64,000 bases of DNA, taken from contig CBDCXV010000011.1 in NCBI GenBank assembly GCA_965223905.1, positions 128,001 through 192,000 of the forward strand, given 5' to 3'. This stretch comes from Candidatus Latescibacterota bacterium (GTDB lineage: Bacteria; Latescibacterota; UBA2968; UBA8231). Under the pieces are notes generated by a model. The model did no database searches and was not told where the DNA came from. It saw nothing but the letters and a program-made list of their open reading frames with translations. Position 1 is the stretch's first letter; each line of letters starts with the position of its first letter. Positions 27,740-38,451 of this stretch are shown in pieces. The position numbers were made by a program, and so were the translations under genes.

Positions 27740-30666
27740 TGGAGGGTCGCGGTCCCGCCAACTCGACTGAGGGGGTGGCTGCTTCGGAGAGTGGAGGATT
27801 CCCGGGCCGGCACATAGGTCCAGGTCCTCGAGAACAGGACCAGATGGTGCACAGTCTCGGGGCGGAACGGCTCGATGAACTGATTGAAGAAACGATCCCA
27901 TCCACCATTCGTTCGCAGCGGCAGCTCCATTACCAGGAGGCGGTCAGCGAACGCGGCCTCCTCAGGGACCTGGAGGAGATCTCTCGCCAGAACGAGAGGG
28001 TGCGCTCCTTCATAGGTACTGGGTACGCGAGCTGCATCACTCCACCTGTCATCCAGCGCAACATCCTCGAAAATCCCGCCTGGTACACCCAGTACACGCC
28101 GTACCAATCCGAGATTGCCCAGGGACGGCTCGAAGCTCTGCTGACCTTTCAGACCATGATTTGCGATCTCACCGCCCTCGAGCTCGCAAACGCCTCCCTG
28201 CTCGACGAAGGCACGGCCGCGGCCGAGGCGATGGCAATGATGAAAAGGCAGCAGCGCAGGAACCACTCGCGGGCCTTCTTTCTGTCCTCTGCGTGCCACC
28301 CGCAGACCAAAGCGGTGCTGCGAACCAGGGCGCGGCCGCTGCAGATCGAAATAATCGAAGGGGATCACGAGAGCTTCGACTTCGGTGCGCACCCTGTGTT
28401 CGGCTGCCTGCTGCAGTATCCGGCTAGCGACGGCGCCCTATGCGACCACCGTGAATTTTGCTCCCGCGCCCACGAGAATGGTGCCCTCGTGGCCGTCGCC
28501 GGGGAGCTACTGGCCCTGCCGCTGCTGACGCCGCCTGGGGAGTTCGGCGCCGATGTCGCGGTAGGGAGCGCGCAGCGCTTCGGCATGCCAATGGGGTACG
28601 GCGGCCCGCACGCCGCCTACCTTGCGGCGCGGGAAGAATTCAGGCGCCAGGTACCCGGCCGCATCATCGGCGTATCCCGCGATGCAATGGGAAAAAGGGC
28701 GCTGAGGATGGCCCTGCAGACCCGGGAGCAGCACATCCGCCGCGAGACGGCGACCAGCAACATCTGCACGGCCCAGGTGCTTCCAGCGGTGGTGGCTTCA
28801 TTCTATGCGGTCTACCACGGTCCCGAGGGGTTGCGCGCCATAGCCGCAAGGATTCACCACTTGTCCACCTGGCTTGCCGGGGTGGCCGAACAGCTCGGGT
28901 ATCGCCTCGTCCACCGCCAGTTTTTCGACACCATCCGCCTGCAGGCAGACAGCGGCGCGATCACTTCCGCAGTCGAGGGCGCCCGGGCGCGGGGGATCGA
29001 GCTGCGCCGTTTCGACGGCGAGAACATCTGCATCACCCTCGACGAGACTACACAACCCGAAGATGTCGACGAGGTCTGTGCGGTCCTTGCGGCTGCTTGC
29101 GGCAGCGAGCGTCCGACCGATGGAGCCCCGGAGCCGGACTGGGAACCCCCGGCGTGGGATCCGAGCCTGGTGCGGGAGAGCCCTTACCTGACTCATCCGG
29201 TGTTTCACTCCTATCGCTCGGAGACCGAGCTGTTGCGCTACATGCGTCGGCTCGACGCCCGCGATCTCTCGCTGACCACCTCGATGATCCCACTGGGGTC
29301 GTGCACCATGAAACTGAACGCAACCGCGGAGATGATGCCGATCACCTGGCCCGCGTTTGCCGACGTTCACCCATTCTCACCGGTCGAAAAGAACCTGGGG
29401 TACCAGCGGATCTTCACCGATCTGGAGGAAATGCTTTGCGACATCACCGGATTGGCCGCTGTCTCCCTGCAGCCGAATGCCGGTTCACAGGGGGAGTACG
29501 CCGGACTGCTGGTGATATCCAGATATCATGGAACCCGGTGCGGGGGCCGGCGCGACGTCTGTCTGATTCCCGCGTCCGCCCACGGCACAAATCCTGCTTC
29601 GGCCGCCTTGGCCGGCCTGACCGTGGTCGTCGTGGCCTGCGATGCGGAGGGCAACATAGATCTCGAGGATTTGCGCGCCAAGGCGGACGCCCACGCCGAC
29701 CGCCTGGGTGCCTTGATGGTGACGTATCCGTCGACACACGGGGTGTTCGAGGAAGGGATCGGCGAGATCTGCGAGGTCGTTCACGACCGTGGGGGCCAGG
29801 TTTACATGGACGGGGCCAACATGAACGCCATGGTCGGCCTGTGCCTGCCCGGCGACCTCGGGGTCGACGTCTGTCACCTCAACCTGCACAAGACCTTCTG
29901 CATTCCGCACGGTGGCGGGGGCCCGGGGATGGGGCCGATAGCCGTGGCCGAGCACCTGCGTGACTTCCTGCCCGGACATCCCATAATTCCCGTGGGCGGC
30001 TCCAACGCGATCGGGCCGGTCGCGTCAGCCCCCTGGGGCAGCGCCCTGATTCTCCTGATTTCTTGGGGCTACCTGCGGCTGATGGGAAGCTCGGGCCTCC
30101 GGAACGCTACCGAAGTCGCCATGCTCAACGCCAACTACGTGGCCGCGAGGCTCGATCCACATTACCCGGTCCTGTACCGCGGCTCCAGCGGGCGCGTAGC
30201 GCACGAAGCGATTCTCGACCTGCGGTCCTTCAGGTCTGTGGGAATCGAGGTCGACGACGTAGCCAAGCGCCTTATGGATTACGGCTTTCACGCTCCGACG
30301 GTCCATTTTCCCGTTCCGGGGACATTGATGGTCGAACCGACAGAGAGCGAATCCAAGGCGGAACTCGACCGTTTCTGCGACGCCATGATCGCGATCCGCG
30401 CTGAGATCGCCGAGATCGAGGCGGGGAAGGCCGATCCGCTGGACAACCCCCTGAAGAACGCGCCGCATACGCTCGACATGATCCTGGACGAAGACTGGAA
30501 CTACCCTTATTCCCGGGAGCGCGCCTGCCGGCCGGCCCCGTGGACGAAAAACCACAAATTCTGGCCTTCGGTTGCCCGCGTCGACAACGCCGCCGGAGAC
30601 CGCAATCTCGTCTGCACCTGTCCGCCGGTAGAATCGTACGTTGGCTCGGAACCGGGGACACCGTGA
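27736..30666 (+). CDS. gcvP: Glycine dehydrogenase (decarboxylating), single-chain P protein
   Basis: [49 protein letters not shown] and GDRNLVCTC. Confidence 0.98.
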   Translation: MMEGRGPANSTEGVAASESGGFPGRHIGPGPREQDQMVHSLGAERLDELIEETIPSTIRSQRQLHYQEAVSERGLLRDLEEISRQNERVRSFIGTGYASCITPPVIQRNILENPAWYTQYTPYQSEIAQGRLEALLTFQTMICDLTALELANASLLDEGTAAAEAMAMMKRQQRRNHSRAFFLSSACHPQTKAVLRTRARPLQIEIIEGDHESFDFGAHPVFGCLLQYPASDGALCDHREFCSRAHENGALVAVAGELLALPLLTPPGEFGADVAVGSAQRFGMPMGYGGPHAAYLAAREEFRRQVPGRIIGVSRDAMGKRALRMALQTREQHIRRETATSNICTAQVLPAVVASFYAVYHGPEGLRAIAARIHHLSTWLAGVAEQLGYRLVHRQFFDTIRLQADSGAITSAVEGARARGIELRRFDGENICITLDETTQPEDVDEVCAVLAAACGSERPTDGAPEPDWEPPAWDPSLVRESPYLTHPVFHSYRSETELLRYMRRLDARDLSLTTSMIPLGSCTMKLNATAEMMPITWPAFADVHPFSPVEKNLGYQRIFTDLEEMLCDITGLAAVSLQPNAGSQGEYAGLLVISRYHGTRCGGRRDVCLIPASAHGTNPASAALAGLTVVVVACDAEGNIDLEDLRAKADAHADRLGALMVTYPSTHGVFEEGIGEICEVVHDRGGQVYMDGANMNAMVGLCLPGDLGVDVCHLNLHKTFCIPHGGGGPGMGPIAVAEHLRDFLPGHPIIPVGGSNAIGPVASAPWGSALILLISWGYLRLMGSSGLRNATEVAMLNANYVAARLDPHYPVLYRGSSGRVAHEAILDLRSFRSVGIEVDDVAKRLMDYGFHAPTVHFPVPGTLMVEPTESESKAELDRFCDAMIAIRAEIAEIEAGKADPLDNPLKNAPHTLDMILDEDWNYPYSRERACRPAPWTKNHKFWPSVARVDNAAGDRNLVCTCPPVESYVGSEPGTP

Positions 30667-31637
30667 ACCACAGGAGCGCCCTGATAACGGGAATCACGGG
30701 ACAGGACGGATCCTATCTCGCCGAGTTCCTGCTGGCGCGGGACTACCGGGTGTACGGACTGATCCGCCGCAGCAGCACGGTGAATTTCGAGCGCATAGCC
30801 CACATCCAGGATGACATCGAGATTCTTTCGGGCGATCTGCTCGACGAGAATTCCCTGCAGGGCGCCATTCAGGAGGCGCGGGCGGACGAGGTCTACAACC
30901 TCGGAGCGCAGTCGTTCGTCCCGGTTTCGTGGGAGCAACCGCTGCTCACCGGCGAGATCAACGGACTCGGTGTTACCCGGCTCCTGGAAGCGATCCGCAT
31001 TGTCGACAAAAACATTCGATTCTACCAGGCCAGCAGCAGCGAGCTGTTCGGCCAGGTCCGCGAAACTCCCCAGAACGAGACCACCCCTTTCCACCCGCGA
31101 TCTCCCTACGCGGTCTCCAAGCTCTACGCCCACTGGATCACGATCAACTACCGTGAATCGTACGGCATGCACTGTTGTGCGGGTATCCTTTTCAACCACG
31201 AGTCCCCGCGGCGCGGCCTGGAGTTCGTTTCGAGAAAGGTGACCCGCGGTGTAGCGCGGATAAAGCATGGACTGGCCGATCAGCTCGCTCTCGGCAACCT
31301 CGACTCCCGCCGCGATTGGGGATTTGCCGGGGATTACGTCGAAGCGATGTGGCTTATGCTGCAACAGGAGCAGCCGCAGGATTTCGTCATCGCAACCGGG
31401 GTCGACCGCTCGATCCGGGACTTCTGCGAGGTCGCCTTCGCCTGCGCCGGACTTCACTGGGAAGACCACGTCGTGGTCGACGAGAAATTCATGCGCCCCG
31501 CAGAGGTGGAGATCCTTCGCGGCGATGCCGGCAATGCCCGCAGGGTTCTCGGGTGGGAGGCGAAAACCAGCTTCGAGGAGATGGTTCGGATGATGGTCGA
31601 CAGCGACTTGGAAGCGGTCGGCCGTGAAACGCGCTGA
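30663..31637 (+). CDS. gmd: GDP-mannose 4,6-dehydratase
   Basis: [43 protein letters not shown] and [10 protein letters not shown]. Confidence 0.96.
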   Translation: MNHRSALITGITGQDGSYLAEFLLARDYRVYGLIRRSSTVNFERIAHIQDDIEILSGDLLDENSLQGAIQEARADEVYNLGAQSFVPVSWEQPLLTGEINGLGVTRLLEAIRIVDKNIRFYQASSSELFGQVRETPQNETTPFHPRSPYAVSKLYAHWITINYRESYGMHCCAGILFNHESPRRGLEFVSRKVTRGVARIKHGLADQLALGNLDSRRDWGFAGDYVEAMWLMLQQEQPQDFVIATGVDRSIRDFCEVAFACAGLHWEDHVVVDEKFMRPAEVEILRGDAGNARRVLGWEAKTSFEEMVRMMVDSDLEAVGRETR

Positions 31638-32640
31638 TATTCCCCTCCGGCTGGCAATTGCCTCGTGCTTCCTGCTGGGGTGGTCCGGTTGCCCGGGGGA
31701 CCCCGCGGTCACCCGCAAGGAGGTGCGAGCCGCCCTCGGGATTCCGCAGTTTCGCAACCCCCTGGAGGCCAGGCTGGTGTCGCGCTGGAAGAAACGGGAT
31801 ACCGTGATCGAGTCGGTCCGCTTCCAAGGCAGGCGGGGAGATTTCATCCCGGCGCTTGTCTGCTATTCCGAGCTCGCCCGCCACCGCCCGGCGCCGGCCA
31901 TACTCTGCATGCCGGGCAGTCCCAATCGCAAAGAGGACCTGATGCAGCCGTTGCAGCTGCTGCCGAGGTGGGCACGGCGGGGCTTCTTCGTCCTCAGCAT
32001 CGACAGGCCATACCACGGCGAGCGCGGCGGCGATTCCGGAGCCGCCATCCGGCGCAAGGGCCTGGTCAAGGTCTGGGGGGAGTATGTGCACGACCTCATG
32101 AGGGCGGTCGACTACATCGGTACCAGGCCGGAAGCTGCCCGCGGCCCCATCGGCATGCTCGGGTTGTCGATGGGGGGAATGGAAGCGCTGCTGATCTCAG
32201 CCCTCGACCCCCGAGTCGGCGTCGTGGTCTCGGTAGCCGGACAGCTCAGCTGGGAGGAAATCTTCGCTTCCGGCTCTTGGCGCGTGGTTTTCCCGGGGCT
32301 GCCACTTGCCCGCGAACTGCGCCGCTCCGCGGCTTCCAACGCCGCGGCTCTGGAAGCATTCCGCAGCCGTTATCCCGGGCTGGAAACCATAGATGCCTCC
32401 AGAATCAGCCAGCTTCTGGCGCCCAGGCCCCTGCTGCTGATGACGGGAGCCGAGGATCCCTTCGTGCCCCCGCCGAGCACCCGCCGTACTTATGAAGAGG
32501 CGGTTCCGTTCTACGAAAGCGCCGGGGCCGCCGACCGCATCGCCCTGTGGATCGAACCGGATACAGGGCATGCCTTCTCCAAACCGATGGAGGAGCGCTC
32601 CCTGCAGTGGTTTGCACGCTGGCTCGAATCCGGAAGCTGA
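31624..32640 (+). CDS. Exported alpha/beta hydrolase (dienelactone hydrolase / acetylxylan esterase-like), probable lipoprotein
   Basis: Signal peptide ending WSGC, nucleophile GLSMGG, acid GAEDP and base GHAF. Confidence 0.8.
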   Translation: MKRADIPLRLAIASCFLLGWSGCPGDPAVTRKEVRAALGIPQFRNPLEARLVSRWKKRDTVIESVRFQGRRGDFIPALVCYSELARHRPAPAILCMPGSPNRKEDLMQPLQLLPRWARRGFFVLSIDRPYHGERGGDSGAAIRRKGLVKVWGEYVHDLMRAVDYIGTRPEAARGPIGMLGLSMGGMEALLISALDPRVGVVVSVAGQLSWEEIFASGSWRVVFPGLPLARELRRSAASNAAALEAFRSRYPGLETIDASRISQLLAPRPLLLMTGAEDPFVPPPSTRRTYEEAVPFYESAGAADRIALWIEPDTGHAFSKPMEERSLQWFARWLESGS

Positions 32641-32659
32641 CGGCACCCGGGTAACAGCC

Positions 32660-33442
32660 TCAACCCCCTCTGCGCAGTCCCTGCGAAAATTTCCTTATCT
32701 GGCTGCAGATGCGGTGAATTACCATGGCGTCGCGTCTCTCCAAAGGAGTCCTGGTAAGGAAGCGCCGCAGCACCCGGGCGAAGGTTCCCGGGTCGTCGTT
32801 GTATGCCTTGAACCCGATCGCTGCCATGGCGTCGAGAACGTTGCGGATGAGGCGCTCGGTCTGCTGCGCGGTGGCCAGGTCAGCCTCAACAGGTCCTGCC
32901 GCTGGCAGGCAGGAGGTTTCCCAGGCGTGGAAAAGCTCGTAGGCGACGAGCAGCACCGCGTGGGAGAGGTTGAACGAAGGGTAGGGGACCGCGGCGGGAA
33001 TGCGCAGCAGCCAGTGGCACTGCTCGAGCTCCCGCGACCACAATCCGTCGCGCTCGCGCCCGAACACCACGGCGACGCGATGGCTGCGGGCGCATTCGCA
33101 GGCTTTGCGAAGGAGGCTGCGGTAGTCGTCCTCCAGCTCTCGCAGGCGGCCCTCTCGGCAAGTGGTCCCGATTACGAGATTGGCCTGCCGGACAGCGGCG
33201 CCCAGATCTGGGAACACGGTGCAGTTGTCGAGGATCTCCCCCGAGGCATGCGCCATCCACCGGGTCTCCGGAACGTCCCAGTTACCGGGATTGACAAGCG
33301 ACAGCTGCCCGATCCCGGTGTTCCTGAGCACCCTCGCCACCGCCCCGATGTTGCCGGGTGTTCCCGGCTCGACCATGATCACCGAGATGTTGCCGAGAGG
33401 AGAGCGGGGCGGCCGGTCTTCCATCGTCGAATCCGTTTCCAT
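32660..33442 (-). CDS. trmJ: SpoU-family RNA methyltransferase, TrmJ-like
   Basis: VEPGTPGNIGAVAR, VFGRERDGL and YPSFNLSHAV..VAYEL. Confidence 0.85.
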   Translation of the reverse strand: METDSTMEDRPPRSPLGNISVIMVEPGTPGNIGAVARVLRNTGIGQLSLVNPGNWDVPETRWMAHASGEILDNCTVFPDLGAAVRQANLVIGTTCREGRLRELEDDYRSLLRKACECARSHRVAVVFGRERDGLWSRELEQCHWLLRIPAAVPYPSFNLSHAVLLVAYELFHAWETSCLPAAGPVEADLATAQQTERLIRNVLDAMAAIGFKAYNDDPGTFARVLRRFLTRTPLERRDAMVIHRICSQIRKFSQGLRRGG

Positions 33443-33706
33443 GGCGGTATCGCAGGTGGGTGGGCGTCGTGTTTTTTCGAAGCTACGGTAGCGCCAGGGC
33501 TCGGCAAAGGGCCGGTCAGGCCGCTTGCTCTTTGCGATGCCGGCCGTACATTGGTCGAATCAGTTGCGGCCCGTCCACTGCAGGCGCTCCCTTTTCCAAC
33601 TCCTTCGGGAGTGCCAAACCACCCTCGAATACCTCCTGCATTGCGATCCATCAATGGAAGGGAACTCCCGCTTTCTTCCCGCGGGAATCCATCCGACCCC
33701 TCGCTT

Positions 33707-35050
33707 TTGTCGGCGCAGGACAGACCGGCAGGCGCCGGTCATCGGGGCGATGCTTCCGCTGCCTGCGAAATCGACACCCACCCACTCGCGGACGGCGTGA
33801 ATCTCCACCTTCATCCCACCTCGCAGTACAAATCTACCCGCGTGGACATCTTCCTGACTTCGGAACTGCGCTCCCCGGAGGCGACGGAGCGCGCCCTGAT
33901 CGCGCGCCTGCTCGAACGAGGTACGTCCTCGCTGCCGGACGTACGCCGCCTCAACTGGTTTCTCGATGCCCTCTACGGGGCGGGCTTCGGGGTCGGTGTG
34001 GATCAATTCGGGGGCAGCCATATCCTGCACGTTACCCTCGAAGTCGTCGACCCCGGCTACCTGCCGGAGCGGGAAGATCTCCTTGGACAGGGCTTCCGCT
34101 TTCTCCGCGACGTGCTTCGCGACCCCAAAGTCGAGGGCGATCCATGCGGTTTCCCCGAGGCGGTGGTGGACCAGGAGAAAGCAGCTCTGAGGAAGGAGAT
34201 CGAGTCCGTTTTCAGCGACAAGACGGCGTACGCCCTCCGCCGCTGCATCGAGATCATGTGTGCGGGAGAGGCGTACGGAATAGCCCCCCACGGCAGGTGT
34301 GAAGAGCTGCCGCAGCTGAAAGCCGCCGGCCTGCTTGCGTCTCACCGAGATGGCCTGAAACGGCACGGAATAGACATCTACGTCAGCGGGGGGGAGCCGC
34401 CCGACCGGGTGCTCGGTCTTTGTGATGAGCTGTTCTCGTGGCCGCGTGAGTATCTCCCTCCCTTGCCGGCCCTACCCGCGGCACCCGGCCGCGGAGTGAG
34501 GGAAGTGGTGGAAGAAGAGGCGATTCAGCAGGGGAAGCTGGTGTGTGGATACCGCACCGGCGCAACGGTCGTCGACCCCGCGTACCCGGCAATGCTGCTC
34601 CTCGACCTCCTGCTGGGAGCGGATCTTCATTCCCGCCTGCAGCGGTCGCTCAGGGAGGACAGGGGGCTCTGTTATCACGTCGCCTCGTTCATCGAACCGC
34701 TCTGCGGGCTGCTGTTCATCGAGGCCAGTGTCGACGCCGTCGACTACGCGGAGACGCGCCGCCAGATCGATTTCCAACTCGACTCCCTCCGCGATCGCGG
34801 TCCCTTGCCGGAAGAGCTGGAGATGGCGAGGGCAGCGGCCCTGCAACGCCTCTCTTCGATGGGCGGGGACCGGGAATCGTTGGTCCGCTTTCATTTCCAG
34901 CGTCGCCTCGCCGGGGTGAGCGCGTTGCCAGCCCACCTGGGCGAGCAGCTGCGATCGGTAACTTCCGAAGAGATCGCCTTCATGGCGCGCAAAACCGCTT
35001 TGGACACGACATTTTTCCTCGGTAACAGGAAAACTGAGGCCGCAGGTTGA
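33707..35050 (+). CDS. M16 family peptidase, non-catalytic subunit (YmfF-like; start uncertain)
   Basis: LYGAGF, QGKLVCGYR and HSRLQRSLREDRGLCY; no HxxEH motif. Confidence 0.8.
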   Translation: MSAQDRPAGAGHRGDASAACEIDTHPLADGVNLHLHPTSQYKSTRVDIFLTSELRSPEATERALIARLLERGTSSLPDVRRLNWFLDALYGAGFGVGVDQFGGSHILHVTLEVVDPGYLPEREDLLGQGFRFLRDVLRDPKVEGDPCGFPEAVVDQEKAALRKEIESVFSDKTAYALRRCIEIMCAGEAYGIAPHGRCEELPQLKAAGLLASHRDGLKRHGIDIYVSGGEPPDRVLGLCDELFSWPREYLPPLPALPAAPGRGVREVVEEEAIQQGKLVCGYRTGATVVDPAYPAMLLLDLLLGADLHSRLQRSLREDRGLCYHVASFIEPLCGLLFIEASVDAVDYAETRRQIDFQLDSLRDRGPLPEELEMARAAALQRLSSMGGDRESLVRFHFQRRLAGVSALPAHLGEQLRSVTSEEIAFMARKTALDTTFFLGNRKTEAAG

Positions 35051-35068
35051 GCGGAGGCAGCGATCTCC

Positions 35069-36358
35069 TTGCGCCTGAATGAAATCCGGAACCCCCGAAT
35101 CGGCGAGCGCCTGTTGGTGGCAGCTGGCCGCGGCCCGATCCCCGTGTACGTCCACCCGAAGCCGGAGGCACAGCAGTCCCACGCCCTGCTCGCGGTCGAG
35201 TACGGAGCTATCGACAGTCTGTCAGTCGGGGCTCCCCCGGGGGTGGCCCACTTTCTCGAACACCGTCTCTTCGAAAAAAAAGAGGGGGATATCAGCGCGC
35301 GGTTTGCAGTGCTCGGCGCCGAGGTCGACGCGCAGACCTCGTTCACGCAGACCTCGTTTTCCGTCACCTGCGCCGAAGGCCTGACGGGCAGCGTCGAGCT
35401 CCTGATGCGATTGGCGCTCGAACTGCACCTCACAGAGGAAGGGGTCGAGCGCGAGCGGCGCATCATTGCACGCGAGATCGAGTTGTTCGCCGACAACGTC
35501 GAATCGGTCTGCTTCGCCAACGCCCTGCGCGCCCTGTACCCGGACCATCCGATCGGCATCGACATCGCGGGGACTCGGGCGAGCCTTGCGGAGATCGACG
35601 GCCCGATGCTGCGCGCCTGCCACGAAAATTTCTACTGCGCCGGACGCATCTCAGTTTTCGCATCGGGAAAGGTGCAGCCGAAGGAGCTGTGCGAAGTTGT
35701 CGATGCGTATTCCTCTTCTCTTCACCGCAATCACGCCGGCGAGATGCCCGTGAGGCAGGCTCCAGTTCCGGCGCCCGACCGGGTCTGTTCCCGGCTCGCA
35801 GTAGCGCGCTCGCGCGTGTACGTGGCCTTTCACGACAGCGAGTGCGGAATCGATGGGACCGAACTGCTCAAAAAGGAGATCTGCCTCGACATGGCCGCGG
35901 ACATCCTCTTCGGCCCGTCCAGCGAGTTCTTCGCCGACCAGTACGAGGCGGGAGAGATCGATGGTGAGAGTTTCGGCTGGGAAGTCTACGCCGATCCGGC
36001 GTTCGTCTTCGCGTTGATGGGGGGAGACGTCGCCGATGCGGGACGATTCGAGGAAACAGTACGGGAGCGTTTGTCCCGGGCAGTTCGGGACGGGATTGCG
36101 AGCGCCGACTTCGAGCGCGCCGCCCGCAAGGCGTACGGTACGCTGCTGTTTCGCTACGAGGATATCGAGAGCTGCGCCGCCATGGCCCACGGCGCGGTTA
36201 GCCGCGGTGCGCAGCCCTTCGACTACGCGGCAGCTCTGGAGCAGGTTCGCAGACAGGATGTCGAGCACTGCCTGCTGACCTGCTTAACACCGGAGCACTG
36301 TGCCGTTTCCGTGGTCGAACCGATGCCCAGGTCTTCAACGGGGCAGTTGGGTTCGTAA
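35069..36358 (+). CDS. M16 family zinc peptidase (YmfH-like)
   Basis: YGAID, PPGVAHFLEHRLFE (HxxEH), ERRIIAREI and HPIGIDIAG. Confidence 0.88.
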   Translation: MRLNEIRNPRIGERLLVAAGRGPIPVYVHPKPEAQQSHALLAVEYGAIDSLSVGAPPGVAHFLEHRLFEKKEGDISARFAVLGAEVDAQTSFTQTSFSVTCAEGLTGSVELLMRLALELHLTEEGVERERRIIAREIELFADNVESVCFANALRALYPDHPIGIDIAGTRASLAEIDGPMLRACHENFYCAGRISVFASGKVQPKELCEVVDAYSSSLHRNHAGEMPVRQAPVPAPDRVCSRLAVARSRVYVAFHDSECGIDGTELLKKEICLDMAADILFGPSSEFFADQYEAGEIDGESFGWEVYADPAFVFALMGGDVADAGRFEETVRERLSRAVRDGIASADFERAARKAYGTLLFRYEDIESCAAMAHGAVSRGAQPFDYAAALEQVRRQDVEHCLLTCLTPEHCAVSVVEPMPRSSTGQLGS

Positions 36359-36359
36359 C

Positions 36360-37376
36360 ATGCCCTCGCGCGCCGGCACGGAGAAGATCCACGATTTCTT
36401 CATCACCACAGTCTCCGGCCTCGAAAAAGCGGTGCTCGAATCCCTGCGCGCGCAGCTGGCCGGGGCGACGGGTTTCGAGACCGAGTCCGACCGCCGCAAC
36501 GGCCGGATTTACTTCCACTATACCCGCTCTCCGGTAAAATTGACCGCGGTGCGTTCCGCCCTGGCGGCCGCCGGGGTGGTTTCGCGATTCCGTGGTGTGA
36601 CCGTGGGCGGGCCGGGACTCGAACGCGTCTGCGAGCGACTTCGCAGGGCCGACCTTTCCGCGGCCAGGAACCTGGTCAGGGCCTGTCATCCCGAAACCGA
36701 CGTCGACAGCTACCAGCTCGCCTGTACCCTGTCCGGTTCGCACCGCTTCACGCGCGGGGATGTGGAAGACCGGGTACGCGCCATCCTGACCGGCGAGCAC
36801 GGCCTTGAGCCGGCCGGAAATAGTGCCGGGCTTCGCTTGAGGCTGCGGATCTCGGGACCGGAGGCCCTGTTCTGTGTGCAGATCGGTCCCCGGCGGCACC
36901 CCGGGGGACCGGAGCGGGGACTGTCCGAGGCAATGATCGCATCTCTGATGGCGCTGCTGGACCCAGGACCGGAGGACGTCGTTCTCTGCCTTAACTGTCA
37001 GGAGTCGGGACTGGAGGAGTTGTCCCGGTCAGGGCCGAGACGGGTCTTTGCCTTGGGCGACCGCGGCTTCAGCCTGCCTCCGAGAACAATTCCGGGTGTC
37101 CGCCGTGTCGCCGCTGCCCCCGCTGCTCTGCCTTTCGAACCGCGGTCCGCAAGCTGTGTAATCGACGGCACCACCAGAGCGGGGATTCTCGACAGACTCG
37201 AGGCCTTTGCCGCGGTTCTCGCACCTGGCGGGGTGGCGGTGATCCCGTTTGCCGACCTGCACGGAGTCATGGCCGGGTTGCGCACGGCGCAACTGCCTTT
37301 CGAGATTCTCGCGGTCCTGCCCCTGCATATCGGAGGACGCCCCTTCAAGTGCTGCATCCTCGAGTGCCTGTGGTGA
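36360..37376 (+). CDS. THUMP-like domain protein with degenerate methyltransferase fold
   Basis: FFITTVSGLE N-terminus and GSHRFT resemble Trm14/RlmL THUMP regions. The C-terminal part lacks DPMCGSG and NPPY. Confidence 0.55.
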   Translation: MPSRAGTEKIHDFFITTVSGLEKAVLESLRAQLAGATGFETESDRRNGRIYFHYTRSPVKLTAVRSALAAAGVVSRFRGVTVGGPGLERVCERLRRADLSAARNLVRACHPETDVDSYQLACTLSGSHRFTRGDVEDRVRAILTGEHGLEPAGNSAGLRLRLRISGPEALFCVQIGPRRHPGGPERGLSEAMIASLMALLDPGPEDVVLCLNCQESGLEELSRSGPRRVFALGDRGFSLPPRTIPGVRRVAAAPAALPFEPRSASCVIDGTTRAGILDRLEAFAAVLAPGGVAVIPFADLHGVMAGLRTAQLPFEILAVLPLHIGGRPFKCCILECLW

Positions 37377-37408
37377 GCGGTGGCATAGAGGCCCAGGGTG
37401 AGATCCCG

Positions 37409-38023
37409 ATGACGAAGCATGAACCTCCGTACCACGGCTCGGGTTACATGAACCCGGCCCAGGCCCGTTCCGGGGTCGGGCGGCAGCTCCTGCTGACCCT
37501 GTTGCCCATCGCGGCAACCATCTGCAGTTGCAGCGGAGAAATCGACCGCAGCGATGAATTCGGCTTGGACGAGGGCGGAGGTCCGATCGAGGTGATCGTG
37601 CTCGACTCGAGCTCCTTTCAGTACGAGGAGACCCCGAAAACAGGTGCCCTTGTGGAGGGGGAAGGAGAGAAACCTTCCACAGGCTCAGCTGGCTCCACCG
37701 GACCATCCGGAAACTCCACCGGATCCACTGGACCCGGCGATAGAGGCGAGGGGCTGCTCACTGGAGCAGTGGCCTACGAACCGGACGGGGCGTTCACTGT
37801 TCAGGTCGGGGTGTATGCTTTGGCCCTTAAGGCCGGAGAGCGGGTGGCGGAACTGAGCGCACTGGGATATCCGGCGTACGCGATCGCTCAGCCGGATGGA
37901 AAAGGGGTCCGGGTGCGCATCGGTTATTTCCGGACGCGCGAGGATGCGCGGGCGTTTGGCGACATTTTTTCGGAGGATCACGGGTCCGATTACTGGATCG
38001 ACCGCCGCGTCAATGAGCTTTGA
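37409..38023 (+). CDS. SPOR-domain lipoprotein
   Basis: Hydrophobic signal ending CSC, G/S/T linker, FTVQVG and VRVRIGYF.TREDA. Confidence 0.82.
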   Translation: MTKHEPPYHGSGYMNPAQARSGVGRQLLLTLLPIAATICSCSGEIDRSDEFGLDEGGGPIEVIVLDSSSFQYEETPKTGALVEGEGEKPSTGSAGSTGPSGNSTGSTGPGDRGEGLLTGAVAYEPDGAFTVQVGVYALALKAGERVAELSALGYPAYAIAQPDGKGVRVRIGYFRTREDARAFGDIFSEDHGSDYWIDRRVNEL

Positions 38024-38429
38024 TCGGTCGCGGCGCCGCGTTCTCTGTTGCGGAACCTTCGACCATTTCCATCCTGGGCACGAGTCCTTGCTGTTCCAGG
38101 CCGCGGCCCTGGGCACGGAGCTTTTCGTGGTTGTTGCCCGCGACGAGAATGTTGAACGAATTAAAGGCCGGCTTCCGGATCACCGCGAAGAGGAGCGCAA
38201 GGCCGCTGTCGAGGGTGCCGGAATCGCCGATGTCGTCAGGCTGGGAAACAAGGGGGCGAATCTCCTTCAGGTGGTCTCCGAGATTGCCCCGGACGTGATC
38301 GCCCTCGGGTACGACCAACGGCCTCCGAAGGGTCTGGCCGACGCATATCCACACTGCGAGATCGTCACCTTGAAGCCGCACCGGCCCGACATCTACAAAT
38401 CGTCGCTTTTTCGCCGGATGGGGGAGTGA
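38013..38429 (+). CDS. Cytidylyltransferase-family protein, archaeal-type FAD synthase (RibL)-like
   Basis: GTFDHFHPGH, VVVARD, PDVIALGYDQ and C-terminal YKSS. Confidence 0.78.
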   Translation: MSFDRSRRRVLCCGTFDHFHPGHESLLFQAAALGTELFVVVARDENVERIKGRLPDHREEERKAAVEGAGIADVVRLGNKGANLLQVVSEIAPDVIALGYDQRPPKGLADAYPHCEIVTLKPHRPDIYKSSLFRRMGE

Positions 38430-38451
38430 GGGATGTTTGCCCGGGCCGCCG

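Noticed and set aside
32492-33706. Apparent 400-aa N-terminal extension of the M16 protein (852-aa ORF)
   Set aside because: It overlaps trmJ on the opposite strand and the hydrolase 3' end; M16 similarity begins only after about 33750.
37681-37740. Short repeats (CTCCACCGGA) in the SPOR gene
   Set aside because: They encode a GSTG linker and have no spacer structure, so this is not a CRISPR array.
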